From IMG/VR virus record IMGVR_UViG_3300010429_001449: DNA of 64,000 bases. One strand, written 5' to 3'. The stretch's first letter is position 1. Each line of letters begins with the position of its first letter. Origin of the DNA: a virus. Taxonomy: Duplodnaviria > Caudoviricetes. The position numbers and the translations under genes were made by a program. The notes beneath the pieces were generated by a model that had not been told where the DNA came from, searched no databases, and saw nothing but the letters and a program-made list of their open reading frames with translations. This document shows positions 8,755 through 19,484 of this stretch, piece by piece.

Positions 8755-10419
8755 TCATACTCCCAAGTAGTGCGCCTTGAGGTTGATCAAACAGCCAGTT
8801 CCGACGAGAGACGTGTAGATAGTTACGTTCTCGATGTACCAAGACAGGTAGAAGGTCTTGTCTGAGTTTAGCTCCATGCAGAACGGAACGCTGTCGCTGC
8901 CGTAAAAAGTCGGATGTAGCGTATCCGGCTGACCTAATCTTCCTATAGTCAGTAATCTACGCGACGAGCTTGTTGGAGGCGGGGGAACGGCGTGACCCCC
9001 CAAATCTGCGGTATCCGTGGCAAGCTGAACCAAAGACGCAAAAAAGAAATAGCTAGAAGGGCCTTGAATCCCGGTCCTCTGCGAAACAGTAAGCATCAAA
9101 GAGGCTGCGCTGCCGATATCCGAAGGCATGACGCAAGAACAATCGACATACGCGCCGCTAATGGTGGAAACCTTAACTTCGTCGTAAATCAACGCCCCGC
9201 CAGATAAGTAGCGGCAGATTGTCGCTATCCTATCGTAGAAACGAATCTCGCCGTCAGTCTGCGTCATAGCTACCACACTTACCTGCGTGATTCTGACGGC
9301 GCTGATGCAGCGGTGTACCGTAAACCCGCTGACAGACGGAAACGCGGGGTTGTTAGACGGCAGCGTGTCGCTCGCCCACAAACCGTAATCGCCGGATGTA
9401 GGATTGTGAACGAGATAGATGTAAAGCCAGAAATCGTCAGGAGAGTACGTTGCTCTAAGTCCGGCCAGCGATTTGCCTGCCTCCACTCCGCCGGAGGTAG
9501 GAACAAGTGGGTTGAAGTTTGTACTAAGATCAAGCTGCAACTCTTGGTTGCCAGTATTCATAACCACATCAAAGCTATCAGACGGGACAACGCAAAACTT
9601 TCCAAGAGTCAGCCGTTGTTTATTCCAGTCTGCTCCTGAGATAACCGTGCTTAAATTGACATTAGGTGTTACGAGAAGAGGAACGATTGACATGTCGGGG
9701 AAAGAAATATTTACTTCCCCTCCCCCAACAGCGGTTACATACCCTTCTGGGAAGTTTATTTTGGTCGTAGGAACGACCACAACATTGACGCTGTCCGTGA
9801 CAGTCAGTTCAGAAGGGGTGTAAGAGATTATGGCGGTGTTACCGCTACCCGCTGTGACAACTAGCGGGGCGGAAAACACAAGAACTTGCGTCGGATTAAC
9901 GACCACGGTAGGAGATGTTACAGCATCCTGCGTTGCAACAGTTATGATATCCGGGGGCGCGGGGATATCGATTATTGCTTCGTTCGCAGCGCCCAGCGTC
10001 ACGGTAGCATAACCCCCTGCCACCGTAATCTTGTTCGTCCTTAAGATGATAGGCGAAGGTGGAGTTCCGTCCTGCTGAACAGTCAAGTAATCAGGGACTT
10101 CAAACTCCGGGACTTGCGTTTCCTTCAAGCGATGCTCGCGGTCGAAGCGAACGGCGTAGTCGTCTATCTCGTAATCGACAGTCACGTCGGCGGTTGACGT
10201 TGCGTTGAAAGTAAAATCATAGTCGCCGGTGGTGTAGTCTATCGTATTCGTTCCGCCAGGATTGACGTTTCCTTGAAGAACGCCGCTGCCGTTATCGGTT
10301 ACGACACGAACACCGTCCGTGAACCGAACAGAATTGGCGATGACGGGCTTAAAGCGCAGCGTGCCGCTATAACTGGTTGATCCGGAACTTCCTACCGGTT
10401 CATTAATCACATCTGACAT
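8755..10419 (-). CDS. Tail fibre-associated protein
   Basis: The N-terminal YSGTL..PV...SV...DNGSG...IDYTTG domain is shared with 10432-13833. Short internal repeats. C-terminal region resembles 5039-6757. Confidence 0.6.
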   Translation of the reverse strand: MSDVINEPVGSSGSTSYSGTLRFKPVIANSVRFTDGVRVVTDNGSGVLQGNVNPGGTNTIDYTTGDYDFTFNATSTADVTVDYEIDDYAVRFDREHRLKETQVPEFEVPDYLTVQQDGTPPSPIILRTNKITVAGGYATVTLGAANEAIIDIPAPPDIITVATQDAVTSPTVVVNPTQVLVFSAPLVVTAGSGNTAIISYTPSELTVTDSVNVVVVPTTKINFPEGYVTAVGGGEVNISFPDMSIVPLLVTPNVNLSTVISGADWNKQRLTLGKFCVVPSDSFDVVMNTGNQELQLDLSTNFNPLVPTSGGVEAGKSLAGLRATYSPDDFWLYIYLVHNPTSGDYGLWASDTLPSNNPAFPSVSGFTVHRCISAVRITQVSVVAMTQTDGEIRFYDRIATICRYLSGGALIYDEVKVSTISGAYVDCSCVMPSDIGSAASLMLTVSQRTGIQGPSSYFFFASLVQLATDTADLGGHAVPPPPTSSSRRLLTIGRLGQPDTLHPTFYGSDSVPFCMELNSDKTFYLSWYIENVTIYTSLVGTGCLINLKAHYLGV

Positions 10420-10431
10420 AGCGTCGTTCTC

Positions 10432-13400
10432 CTACACCTTCAGCGTGTAAACATCGGGTACCCCATCCGCCGTCTTGACGTAAATGGCGGCGGGATTAAC
10501 GGACGTGTCGATCCAGACCCATCCGATGGGGTAGCCATCCGGCGGTTGCGTTGCACCGCGACTTCCTATCAACATCGCCATCGTAGCCAGCGGATTCTGG
10601 AATCTCGGAAGGTAAGAGCCGTCCCAATCAATCGGAGCGGCCAAGTTTCCAGCCCAGAAGAAGGCGTTGGATTGGTTCGTCGAAACGTCGGAGAGCCGCG
10701 CAAGTTCGTTGACGCCGCCGCTCCTGCCTCCGTTCGGAACGAACAGAAGGAATTGATCCCACAATTCGGGCGTGAAGTTCAACTGAATCGTGTGGCGGTC
10801 GAGAATGGCATAATCGCGGTAGTCAGACGCGGCTATGGCCTCGTCGTCGCCGACCGTCGGCGGTATCGTGTCTCGGCCCCACATCAACATCTTCCCGTTG
10901 CGGAAGACCAGCAGGCTTCCATCCGAATCGAAGTAGGCTCCGGTAGGTCCGGTATCAGGCAGTTGAATGACCTTTTGCGCGTCAACGTCCTTCAAGAACC
11001 ATTCGGGGGCTATGTCGAGCTTGTAGTAAACGGCGGGCGTGCGCGAAACGCCTAAGTCGTCTCTGACACCGACACGTATGAACGACTGAACTTCTCCCGG
11101 CGACCGTGGCGTCGTGAAGATGATCTGCCCCGGCAACTCGGTGTAGTCCTCAATCGGCCTTTGGAGAATGCCGCCCGAGTAAACCAGAACCGAGCGGTAG
11201 TCCGGAGTGAACGAAAACTGCGTGATTGTGAACGCAACGCAGTGTTCTGTGCCGCCTCCGAAGCCGTAATCGTAATCTTGCGCCGTGTCTGTCGGATCGG
11301 CATCGATATCCTGCCGCGCCGGGATGACCGTCTCGCTTGCTACCGAGTAGACGACGAACAGGACGCGCTCGCCTACGTGCAGGGGGGCTAGGAACTCAAC
11401 GGAGTTCACGGTCAGTTCGATATAATCGACGCCTTCGAGTTGAAGCTGACCATTCCTGTAAACGAACAGGGAGTGGTTGCCCATCACGTAGGCGTATTGA
11501 TCGCCCTGAACGATGATTTGGAGCAACAGCGCATCTCCGTCCACGGGGATGCTTGCCGGGCAGAACGTGATGCTGCTGATAGTTGTTTCTTCGTAGTCGG
11601 TTCCGGGCGTGGCGCACCCGCCCACAGGACCGCCCGTTTGAAGCACGCCGTTGACGTAAACGCGAAGGTGCGCAAGGTCTTGGATGTACTCATACGAAGC
11701 CGGTGGAGGAGTAGGGTTGGCGCAGGTTGGAACGACGCCGCCAATATGAATGAGCGAGTTGTATGTTATGTAGCAGTCAACCAAGTCCGACGAGTTTCCG
11801 AGGGGAACGATTGTTTGGCCTTCGGTATTGATCGTTTGAAGGTCATAAATGACCGGCTCGCCGGGGAAGTCTCCACCGTCGCCGCCCGTTCCGCCGCCCT
11901 TGTTAAGGAACTCGCGCACATCCGTTATGTCGGCTTCTTCCACGATAACAGGATCAATACCGCCTTGTTCCGTTACCTTGACTATGGCGATAGCCAACAT
12001 ACTTACCGGAATGTCGGGGGCATTGAGGCGGGGCGTCCCCGTCCCGAAGGCCACGGGTGTGCCTGGAATCACGGCGATTGTCTCGGTATCCGTGGCCGCC
12101 ACAAGGTCGTAGCGTTCCAACCCAAGACCTACGGGGCTGAACGAACTGCTTCCGGAAGGAACTATCGTGTCGGACACGATATCGAGAACGCGCTTGCCGT
12201 TGCTGGAAACGTAGCGTCCCGACTTGACGGTGATTTTGTTGTTGGGATCGGGGAACGACGGGATGGGCTTGAGCATCAACAGGTGATGACGTTCAACAAC
12301 GTCTTTCAACGTTCCGTCGTCGTTCAGGGACACGCTCAACCGGGCGTCCAGAGACTCCGAGAAGTCGTAGTCGGCTACGATGTTCTGCCCCGGTACGGTA
12401 GGCAGCGTAAACGTAAAGGAGTAGTAGCCCGTGTTGTAATCAATCGTTCCAAGCCCGATACCGCCGGTCAAGCCGCCGGTGCCGTTGTCGGTAATGACCT
12501 GAGACCCGTCTTCCGGTTGTATGACGACGCTGAAGGGAACGATCACCAGATTCTTTAAGTAGCCGGAATAGCTCGATCCCCCTGCGGGGGCCATGTACTC
12601 TCGAACCACCTCGGCGACCGCGCCGTTCGTCATATAAGAAAAATCTGCGGTCACAGCGCCCGTAGCCACGGTAAACGTAACGTCGTAGGCTCCGGTGTCA
12701 TAATTGATCGTGCCGTAACCGTCTCCGAGCATCAGGCCACCACCATTATCAGCAAGCTGCTGCGGCGTCGTAGGGTCGTCGAAGATGACAGAACCCGGCA
12801 CAATGTTCGTCTTACTCAGCGTTCCGGTATAGTTCGTTGCCCCAATGCCTATCGGCTCGCCGGTTACGGCGGCGAGGCCGCCGCCTCTTGCGGCAATGAT
12901 TTCCTCCCACAAAGCAACCAGACCGCGCTGGAAGTTGAAGGGGTTGCCGTCGTGGTACAGGGGGCGAAGGTCCAGAATCTGGCTCTCGTAGATGATTGTT
13001 GCCTGGCGAGCAATCTCGGCCAGCTTGAAGATGTAGTGGTAGTTCCCGTCCGAGTCGGTGTAGTCAGCCGGTTCGAGATAGGTATCGATGTCTTGAACGA
13101 CGTTGATTACCTGTCTAAGCTGGCTGCGTAGCTGCCCGATAGTAGCCACCGACAGACGATGAATAAGGTTAGGGTCTTCGTAGCGGTCGATTTCGTCGAA
13201 AAAGACGTTAAGATAAACGCCGTCCCGCCGCGTTCCGGGGCCGGAGTAGTCGAGATTGATCCGGTAGTAGGTTCCGGCGATCATTCCCAGCGACGTTCCG
13301 TTGACTGTTATTGTCGTTGCGGTGTTGGCTGTTATCGTATAAGGCCCGGACGGGTTGGCCACGTCGGGAACGATGGTTCTGTTCACCAGCGACCCCGCCT

Positions 13401-13833
13401 CGTAGTTGGCAGACGAGTCCGTGATGGTTGTATCTCCGCCGCCCTCGCTGACCGCCGTGATCTGCGGGAAGATAGAAAGCTGGTCTTGCGTTGCTCCAAG
13501 ATTGTTGTAGTTCACGTCTTGGAACAAGACGCAGCCTATTCCTTTGAGGAAGAATCGCCCCGCGACATCGCCCTCCGACTCCGCGCCGGGTGTGCCTGTT
13601 CCGCCTTTGATAGTGAAGTCGTTGGCGGTTGGGATAGCCTCGATCTTGAAGCCGTTATTAGGAGACCCGTCGCCGAGAATCTGGGCAGCGCGGCGAAGTT
13701 GATAGAGGAAGGCTGAGTACGACTCGTTTATGTCGGCGTCCACCATCGCAATGCCTTGCTGGGCAAGCGGGTGGATATAGCGGTTCCTCTCGTTGAACAT
13801 GAACCGCGAGTATTTTCCGGTGTAAGCTCCCAT
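10432..13833 (-). CDS. Large baseplate/fibre protein with DUF6519-like N-terminus
   Basis: GKYSRFMFNERNRY...QQGIAMVDADINE resembles eCIS DUF6519. Two GTI[ND]Y.TG repeats and four V[YF]..G...DY repeats. SD AAGGAG. Confidence 0.7.
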   Translation of the reverse strand: MGAYTGKYSRFMFNERNRYIHPLAQQGIAMVDADINESYSAFLYQLRRAAQILGDGSPNNGFKIEAIPTANDFTIKGGTGTPGAESEGDVAGRFFLKGIGCVLFQDVNYNNLGATQDQLSIFPQITAVSEGGGDTTITDSSANYEAGSLVNRTIVPDVANPSGPYTITANTATTITVNGTSLGMIAGTYYRINLDYSGPGTRRDGVYLNVFFDEIDRYEDPNLIHRLSVATIGQLRSQLRQVINVVQDIDTYLEPADYTDSDGNYHYIFKLAEIARQATIIYESQILDLRPLYHDGNPFNFQRGLVALWEEIIAARGGGLAAVTGEPIGIGATNYTGTLSKTNIVPGSVIFDDPTTPQQLADNGGGLMLGDGYGTINYDTGAYDVTFTVATGAVTADFSYMTNGAVAEVVREYMAPAGGSSYSGYLKNLVIVPFSVVIQPEDGSQVITDNGTGGLTGGIGLGTIDYNTGYYSFTFTLPTVPGQNIVADYDFSESLDARLSVSLNDDGTLKDVVERHHLLMLKPIPSFPDPNNKITVKSGRYVSSNGKRVLDIVSDTIVPSGSSSFSPVGLGLERYDLVAATDTETIAVIPGTPVAFGTGTPRLNAPDIPVSMLAIAIVKVTEQGGIDPVIVEEADITDVREFLNKGGGTGGDGGDFPGEPVIYDLQTINTEGQTIVPLGNSSDLVDCYITYNSLIHIGGVVPTCANPTPPPASYEYIQDLAHLRVYVNGVLQTGGPVGGCATPGTDYEETTISSITFCPASIPVDGDALLLQIIVQGDQYAYVMGNHSLFVYRNGQLQLEGVDYIELTVNSVEFLAPLHVGERVLFVVYSVASETVIPARQDIDADPTDTAQDYDYGFGGGTEHCVAFTITQFSFTPDYRSVLVYSGGILQRPIEDYTELPGQIIFTTPRSPGEVQSFIRVGVRDDLGVSRTPAVYYKLDIAPEWFLKDVDAQKVIQLPDTGPTGAYFDSDGSLLVFRNGKMLMWGRDTIPPTVGDDEAIAASDYRDYAILDRHTIQLNFTPELWDQFLLFVPNGGRSGGVNELARLSDVSTNQSNAFFWAGNLAAPIDWDGSYLPRFQNPLATMAMLIGSRGATQPPDGYPIGWVWIDTSVNPAAIYVKTADGVPDVYTLKV

Positions 13834-13852
13834 CTTCAAGGCTCCTTCGCCA

Positions 13853-13881
13853 AGTGTAACACGCCCCTCATCGAGTTACAA
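13853..13881 (-). promoter_or_regulatory. Sigma70-like promoter overlapped by a hairpin
   Basis: TTGTAA-17-TACACT with extended TG. CGCCCCT/AGGGGCG stem. The 13-mer GGCGTGTTACACT recurs at 62467-62455. Confidence 0.55.
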
Positions 13882-13893
13882 GGGGCGGTTCTG

Positions 13894-14982
13894 TTAAAGC
13901 TCTCCTGGAGGTCTGTCGCACTCCAGACATGTTTGTGCGAGCCAATTCCACTGTATGACTACCGGCGCGGTGTCATGGAAATCCGCCCACGACGCCAGCA
14001 GCGTCTTGTACAGCCAATCGGTATAGCCCGGAAACTGCACGTAACCAGTATCTACTAGCGCTGGTCCTAGCGGGGGATTGGCAGGGTTGTCTGTCAACAA
14101 ATTGCTCGGGTAGACTACGACGCGCATAGTACACGGCTTGGTTAGATCGGGGCTGGCGTTATAGACGTGCGTCTCCAAACGATAGACACCATCCGCAGGA
14201 TCAAGAGGATTGCCTGTGTAAGACAGCACGCCTAGCGGTTGTGCGCAGCTAATCAGCCCGGGGCCGCTATCGTCCCACACGCTAACGTACACTTGCGCCG
14301 TGTTGGGGAGCATTAATGTCTGATCGGTAGCCACCTTTACGCCAAGCCAAAGCTGCCCACACTTCGAGTCCCATGCCACCGAGTAAGCTTGGCTATCGAG
14401 GTAAACCGGGTCCGTCGCCGGGATGCCCGGAGGGCACGTCAAGCCTTGATCAGGTATCCACGAAAGGTTGTGGGACTTGAAGCTTAAACCTGCGCCGTGT
14501 ATTCCCGGATCGAGCAGTCTAAATTGATGTTTTATGATGTAGTTGAAACCGTGGCGCGGGAAGAGGGCGGGATCGGTGTGCGGCAATAATGACGGATTCT
14601 GGAAGAGGTAAGCGCTGAGCCGCTCTCCACCGGGGGCGGCCCCCACAGTAACTTTCATGCCCTCGTTAGGAACATAGATGAGCGGAGCGGCGGGGGGCAG
14701 CGCGAGCAGTCCCCACTCGTCCGCGAAGTAAGGAGGCTCAATTCCGTCGTAGTTGCCAAACTGAATAAACCACTCATCGCAAGTATTGAACCCGACTTCC
14801 TCACCCCAGTAACAACGCGGGACGCAGCCTACCTCGATGCTGAAAGTGTCATGACAACCGCGAAACGTCTCCAAACATCTTAACACCAGGAGGGTCTGGG
14901 GCTTGACGCACGCCGGAGCGTAGCGGCGGTAGCTGGCGCACAGCCTCGCTAACTGCTCCTGTGTCAATCCCTTGTAAGCCAT
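13894..14982 (-). CDS. Baseplate-associated protein (paralog of 14996-16165)
   Basis: Shared N-terminus YxGLTxExLARLCxSYRRYxPACVxPxTL and C-terminal DTG...F.GYTDW. Confidence 0.65.
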   Translation of the reverse strand: MAYKGLTQEQLARLCASYRRYAPACVKPQTLLVLRCLETFRGCHDTFSIEVGCVPRCYWGEEVGFNTCDEWFIQFGNYDGIEPPYFADEWGLLALPPAAPLIYVPNEGMKVTVGAAPGGERLSAYLFQNPSLLPHTDPALFPRHGFNYIIKHQFRLLDPGIHGAGLSFKSHNLSWIPDQGLTCPPGIPATDPVYLDSQAYSVAWDSKCGQLWLGVKVATDQTLMLPNTAQVYVSVWDDSGPGLISCAQPLGVLSYTGNPLDPADGVYRLETHVYNASPDLTKPCTMRVVVYPSNLLTDNPANPPLGPALVDTGYVQFPGYTDWLYKTLLASWADFHDTAPVVIQWNWLAQTCLECDRPPGEL

Positions 14983-14995
14983 TGCAACAATGCTC

Positions 14996-16165
14996 CTAGA
15001 TGATATCTTGTTTTATGTAGTAACAGCCAAAGTAATTAGGCCCGCCGCCCCACGCATTTGAACTGATGTAGATGTTGTCGACCCAGTCCGTGTAACCGAG
15101 GAACGACAAGACGCCTGTGTCTATCTGAGCCGAGTCCGACTCTCTTGTTGCTACGACCCTAAGACGTGCTGGGGTTAGAAGATCGACAGACGCCTGCCAG
15201 CAATAGACTTCCAAAACATAGAAGTCATTTTGCAGAAAGATGCCGTCGTGCCAATCAAAAGAGTTGGGGTAAAGCTGAGCATGAAGATAGTTCTGGGGTT
15301 GATGCTCCAGTCTGTACCACGTATTGACTGCGCCGTCTCCGCCGGATACACCGTCAACAACCAGAGCCATCTTGCGCTGCCAATAACCCGGCGTCCAAGA
15401 GAGATTTTCCCGGTCGTCGCCGTAAATCGTTATGTCTACTCCGATATTCCAGCACATAGAGTAAGGATTAGGAAACAACGACGGGTCTCTAGCCGCGCCT
15501 ACAGGCGGATAACTCAATTGTCTGCCTGATTCCCAAGCAAGAGGAACCGTAGGAGGAGGTTGGACTGCGCCAGCGGTATCGATCAAATTTCCTATGCTGA
15601 TTTTGTTGTCTTGATAGCGGTTACTTCCTGACGGATTGTTTCTCGGTCCTATCCAAAAACGAAAAGTCCACTTCCAAGAATAACCGTGACGGATAGGACC
15701 TCTGTTCGGAGGCGGATTTCCTACTGCCGGGAAGGGAGTAAGAAACCGGGGGGACTGAAGCAGCCAGCTAAACCAGTATGAGTTGGAGCCCGGGCGAAGT
15801 TCAAGATACTGATTACCTCCGCCGTCATTAACTAAGAAGCCCAGATTGGGATTAGACCACCGCCACCAATCATAATGCACCTCGCCGGGCACGTTGGCGG
15901 GAGGGCCGTCGTTTATAGGTCCGATTGAGGTGTAATCACTGAAATCTTTTAGCCACGGCGTCGGCGGAACAGCTACAAAACAACGCGGTATAAAGGGTTC
16001 GGGAGGCGCTAAGAAAACATCCATTCTAGCCGTGTCCAAAGGACGCGCCGTTTCTACGCACCTCTGAAAAGGCAACGTCATCGGACGAACACACGCTGGA
16101 GTGTAACGGCGGTAGCTCTTGCACAGCCGAGCCAGACTCTCTCGCGTTAATCCTCTGTAGCTCAC
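14996..16165 (-). CDS. Baseplate-associated protein (paralog of 13894-14982)
   Basis: Same N-terminal motif, plus RHG[FY] and GYTDW motifs. Confidence 0.65.
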   Translation of the reverse strand: MSYRGLTRESLARLCKSYRRYTPACVRPMTLPFQRCVETARPLDTARMDVFLAPPEPFIPRCFVAVPPTPWLKDFSDYTSIGPINDGPPANVPGEVHYDWWRWSNPNLGFLVNDGGGNQYLELRPGSNSYWFSWLLQSPRFLTPFPAVGNPPPNRGPIRHGYSWKWTFRFWIGPRNNPSGSNRYQDNKISIGNLIDTAGAVQPPPTVPLAWESGRQLSYPPVGAARDPSLFPNPYSMCWNIGVDITIYGDDRENLSWTPGYWQRKMALVVDGVSGGDGAVNTWYRLEHQPQNYLHAQLYPNSFDWHDGIFLQNDFYVLEVYCWQASVDLLTPARLRVVATRESDSAQIDTGVLSFLGYTDWVDNIYISSNAWGGGPNYFGCYYIKQDII

Positions 16166-16476
16166 GGGGTGTCTTTAGGGCACGGCCCTACTCCGGGGGC
16201 AAACTCGCAAACAAAGCACTCCTTGGACACGTCGATATTGTATTTGGAGCAATGAAAAGTAGGGACAGTCTTGATTTGTCCTCCGCAGCACTCTACGGTC
16301 GTTTCTCCGACAGCGCTTACTGACCGAAATGAACAGAGAGCCTTAATCCTCCCCTCGCGGCCCCGCCGCACCCATTCAAGATACAACTTTTGCTTGAACA
16401 GAGGGTCAGACTGGCACTGATCACAGGTTTCCTTATTAACGAACCGTTGGTATTTAAGACAGACAAGGAGACTCAT
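16162..16476 (-). CDS. Small Cys-rich protein in baseplate cluster
   Basis: About 10 Cys in 104 aa (CDQC, CCGG, CFVC). 4-nt overlaps on both sides. Confidence 0.6.
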   Translation of the reverse strand: MSLLVCLKYQRFVNKETCDQCQSDPLFKQKLYLEWVRRGREGRIKALCSFRSVSAVGETTVECCGGQIKTVPTFHCSKYNIDVSKECFVCEFAPGVGPCPKDTP

Positions 16477-17351
16477 GTCCTGAACTCCAAGTCAACGTAG
16501 TAGTGAATCGTCGTCTGGTCGTCTTTCCAAATGCGGTCGTGGCGAATGACGTTGTACATCATTCCGGTGTTAGGATCAGGAGCATCTACGCCGCCAAACA
16601 GCGCGTGCTCCCGGAGGTACATATCGTTGACTTCTGACTGCGTCATTTCGAGGACTGTGTGTATCTCTACGTAATTGGTAGGACCAGAGTCGTATGCCGG
16701 AAGGCCGTGATCTCCGAGCACGAATACGTCCGTCTCATCCAGTTGCGCGGAAAGGCTGCCGTCAAAGTCAATCCTTCCTGTTGCGAAATCGTAAGCATCG
16801 ATGTCAATCTCTGCGCCTGCGTGTGTGCCGGAAACAACTGTGAACTGGTAGCCCTGGAACCAGTTGTCAGGCTCATAACGCCCGACTAAGTTGCCGCCTT
16901 CGTACCGGTAGGGGTCTAGTACGTAAGTAACGCCCTCATTAGGGTCCGACGGGTCCGCCAAGAAACGGAACGAGCCGTATCCATAACGGACGTAGTAGAT
17001 GCTCGATATAGGTGTTCCTATTGCTGTGCGAAAGACTTCGTCGGCCAACGTCGTGTCTATCACCGACGCTTGTGGAGTGCCGCCGGTGTCCCATCCGGCA
17101 TCGCCGCGTCCAAAAGCGTGATACAACAACCCGCGATAAAGCGGGACGGGGCAGGGATCGGCAGTTTCGGCTCCGATAGCCCAAGAAGCAAGAAGGAGAG
17201 CGCCGTTCCACATCAGATTGTTGCGCTTTGGAGGAAGGTGCGTCACCTCGACTCCGTTGGGCGTATTTCGGATAACCACGGCTCGAAAAACACCCTTGAT
17301 CATCTGCGGGGCTGTTATCCGTTGAGGAACAATCGGTTTTATCTTTGCCAT
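16473..17351 (-). CDS. Baseplate wedge / fibre-attachment protein
   Basis: NNLMWNG..LL...AFGRGD...TTLADEVFR...REHALFGG pattern. Likely start is MAKIKP at 17351. Confidence 0.6.
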   Translation of the reverse strand: MAKIKPIVPQRITAPQMIKGVFRAVVIRNTPNGVEVTHLPPKRNNLMWNGALLLASWAIGAETADPCPVPLYRGLLYHAFGRGDAGWDTGGTPQASVIDTTLADEVFRTAIGTPISSIYYVRYGYGSFRFLADPSDPNEGVTYVLDPYRYEGGNLVGRYEPDNWFQGYQFTVVSGTHAGAEIDIDAYDFATGRIDFDGSLSAQLDETDVFVLGDHGLPAYDSGPTNYVEIHTVLEMTQSEVNDMYLREHALFGGVDAPDPNTGMMYNVIRHDRIWKDDQTTIHYYVDLEFRT

Positions 17352-17362
17352 TTTAGCCTTCT

Positions 17363-19483
17363 TTACGGTCCCACAACTACGACCGGAATGAACTGAGAGT
17401 GCCAACCGGAATAACACGTGTGGTCGGAGACTTTTCTCACACGCACGCGGACAAAGAACGGCACAAGCGGCATAGGACTGATTGTGTGTGCGAAACCCAG
17501 AGGATCGTAAGTCAACCAGGCCGTAACATTTCCGTCGCCAAGCCAATCGAACTGGTACTCGTAGTCCTCATAGCCGCACGGCTTTTCCTCGTCGCCAACC
17601 TCCGTGACGCACGGATTGCAATGAGGCAGAACAGGGAAGGCTCTGAACTCAACACCATCCTCGATATGCGGTAGTGTCAGCCAAACAGGAGCGCTGCATC
17701 CGCACGGCTCAGGCACAACACACGTCAATTGCGGCGCGGGTTCGCAAGGCAGCGGGAAGAACATGCCGAGTTTGTCGCACGTATAGAATGTCAAAGACCA
17801 ATCTATCTCGGACATGTTGATTGCTTGAATGGCTGCCGGACGGCCCCACGTAGAAAGAACACGCACTTTCCAGTAGCGGTGAGGGTCAACTTCCCGTTCA
17901 ATGCGATAAATCTGCCACGGAAGCTTGGCGGGGGATGGTTTAGCGGCGTATCCATCCATCAAATAACGTCCGTTCGCCAGAGTAAGGTTTGTGACAAGCC
18001 CGTTGATAGCGTCTATGTCAACGTAGGTGGCATAAGACCCTACCGCCGTCACTTCTACGCGGTTAACCGCAGAGCCAATGGGAAACCGCGAGGCGCACGC
18101 GGGTTCAAACACCACGAGGGCATCTATCACGTCGACCGCCTGAAACACTTCCTTGATGTTGCCGCTTACGACGCTGAACCAATCGCCTTGCGTGAAGCCA
18201 AGGTTGATCATCGAAGTTGCGCCGGGAAGCAACGGAACGCTGAGCGATCCGGCAGTAGCCTCGTTGTCGACTTGTGAGAGATTGGGAGGAGGGTCTGTAA
18301 GCGTTACAGGCCCGCGCTTTAGCCTGGTGGTTTGGGTCGCAGCGTCAAGCGTAAAATCAGCCACGAAGCGGTCGGGAGTGCCGTAGGTAAACTCTTCTAC
18401 GAAGAAGTAGTTTATGCCGTCATCGGAGTGGGCTATCTCGAATCTGTACAAGCCAAAGTCGGCTTTGACTCTTACGTAACGGACGGCCTTCGCGTCGTCC
18501 AAGGCAAAGACCCACTCCTGCGGAAGGTCTTGCGGCGACGACTGATTAGCTATCCACGACCCATTCTCCATCAGATTAGACGCGCTTGATGCTGCGGTAG
18601 GCGAGAGAGCGTCGCCGAGCGCGGCACCGGCGTATGTCTTCAGAACATCGAAGTACGTTTCGTCGTAGATGTGGCCGACGGGATCGCCGGGAAGTCCGAT
18701 GCGTGTAAGAGCGCGACCCTCAGACATAGCCACTAGACCCCACGGTTCGATCACATCGCCCGAAGACCAGTACTCCGTGTAGTCTTCGACGATTCTGGCA
18801 ATGTCGTCGCCCTCTTGCAGGGCGATTGACGGCGCGGAGCCGAGTTGAACATAGTAGTTGTCAACGCCATCGATGACATCTACTCCTATGGCTATTACGT
18901 CCAGAATCTCGCGCTCGCCTCGGTAGTTCTCCAGCAGCACGTTGATACCAGCTTCAAAACCCTGCGTATCAATGACGTAAACCTTGTCTATGCTCACGCC
19001 AAGCGACGTTACCGTAGAAAAGCCTAGATGCGTGGTCCACGGAACCATATTCGTCCAGAGGATGTTGTGGACGAATTCGTAGGCTTCCGGCGTGATGCCC
19101 GTGGCGAAGTAGCCCACAAGCTCCATTCCCGGCAGCGTACCCTTGCGCCGGTAGAGGGGTACCGCCGTCCTAATCTGCTCTCGTTGCTGATCAACTGAGA
19201 GCGTCGTATCTACTTCAATTCCTACCAATGCGCCGAGTTGCGGCAGGAAGCTCGAATCTATGGTGTCCACGTCCACCATGTTCGGCAGATACGCCGTCAG
19301 TCCACGAATCTCATCAAACATCGGCCCGACAATCTTAAGGAATCGTTCCAGCGATCCCCTAGTTATCGTGCCATTCTCGTCCAGCTTGATGATTTCCCCG
19401 TAGTACGGGGACGTAGTATCCGTGACTTGCTGCTCTTTCAGCGCACGCAAAACAGGGACAGTAAGAAGCGGGTATTGTGGCAT
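17363..19483 (-). CDS. Baseplate wedge protein (P2 gpI-like) with inserted discoidin-like and beta-barrel domains
   Basis: LERFLKIVG..FD...DVD.IDSSFLPQLGALVG...QREQIRTAVPLYRRKGT..G motif. Confidence 0.8.
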   Translation of the reverse strand: MPQYPLLTVPVLRALKEQQVTDTTSPYYGEIIKLDENGTITRGSLERFLKIVGPMFDEIRGLTAYLPNMVDVDTIDSSFLPQLGALVGIEVDTTLSVDQQREQIRTAVPLYRRKGTLPGMELVGYFATGITPEAYEFVHNILWTNMVPWTTHLGFSTVTSLGVSIDKVYVIDTQGFEAGINVLLENYRGEREILDVIAIGVDVIDGVDNYYVQLGSAPSIALQEGDDIARIVEDYTEYWSSGDVIEPWGLVAMSEGRALTRIGLPGDPVGHIYDETYFDVLKTYAGAALGDALSPTAASSASNLMENGSWIANQSSPQDLPQEWVFALDDAKAVRYVRVKADFGLYRFEIAHSDDGINYFFVEEFTYGTPDRFVADFTLDAATQTTRLKRGPVTLTDPPPNLSQVDNEATAGSLSVPLLPGATSMINLGFTQGDWFSVVSGNIKEVFQAVDVIDALVVFEPACASRFPIGSAVNRVEVTAVGSYATYVDIDAINGLVTNLTLANGRYLMDGYAAKPSPAKLPWQIYRIEREVDPHRYWKVRVLSTWGRPAAIQAINMSEIDWSLTFYTCDKLGMFFPLPCEPAPQLTCVVPEPCGCSAPVWLTLPHIEDGVEFRAFPVLPHCNPCVTEVGDEEKPCGYEDYEYQFDWLGDGNVTAWLTYDPLGFAHTISPMPLVPFFVRVRVRKVSDHTCYSGWHSQFIPVVVVGP

Positions 19484-19484
19484 G

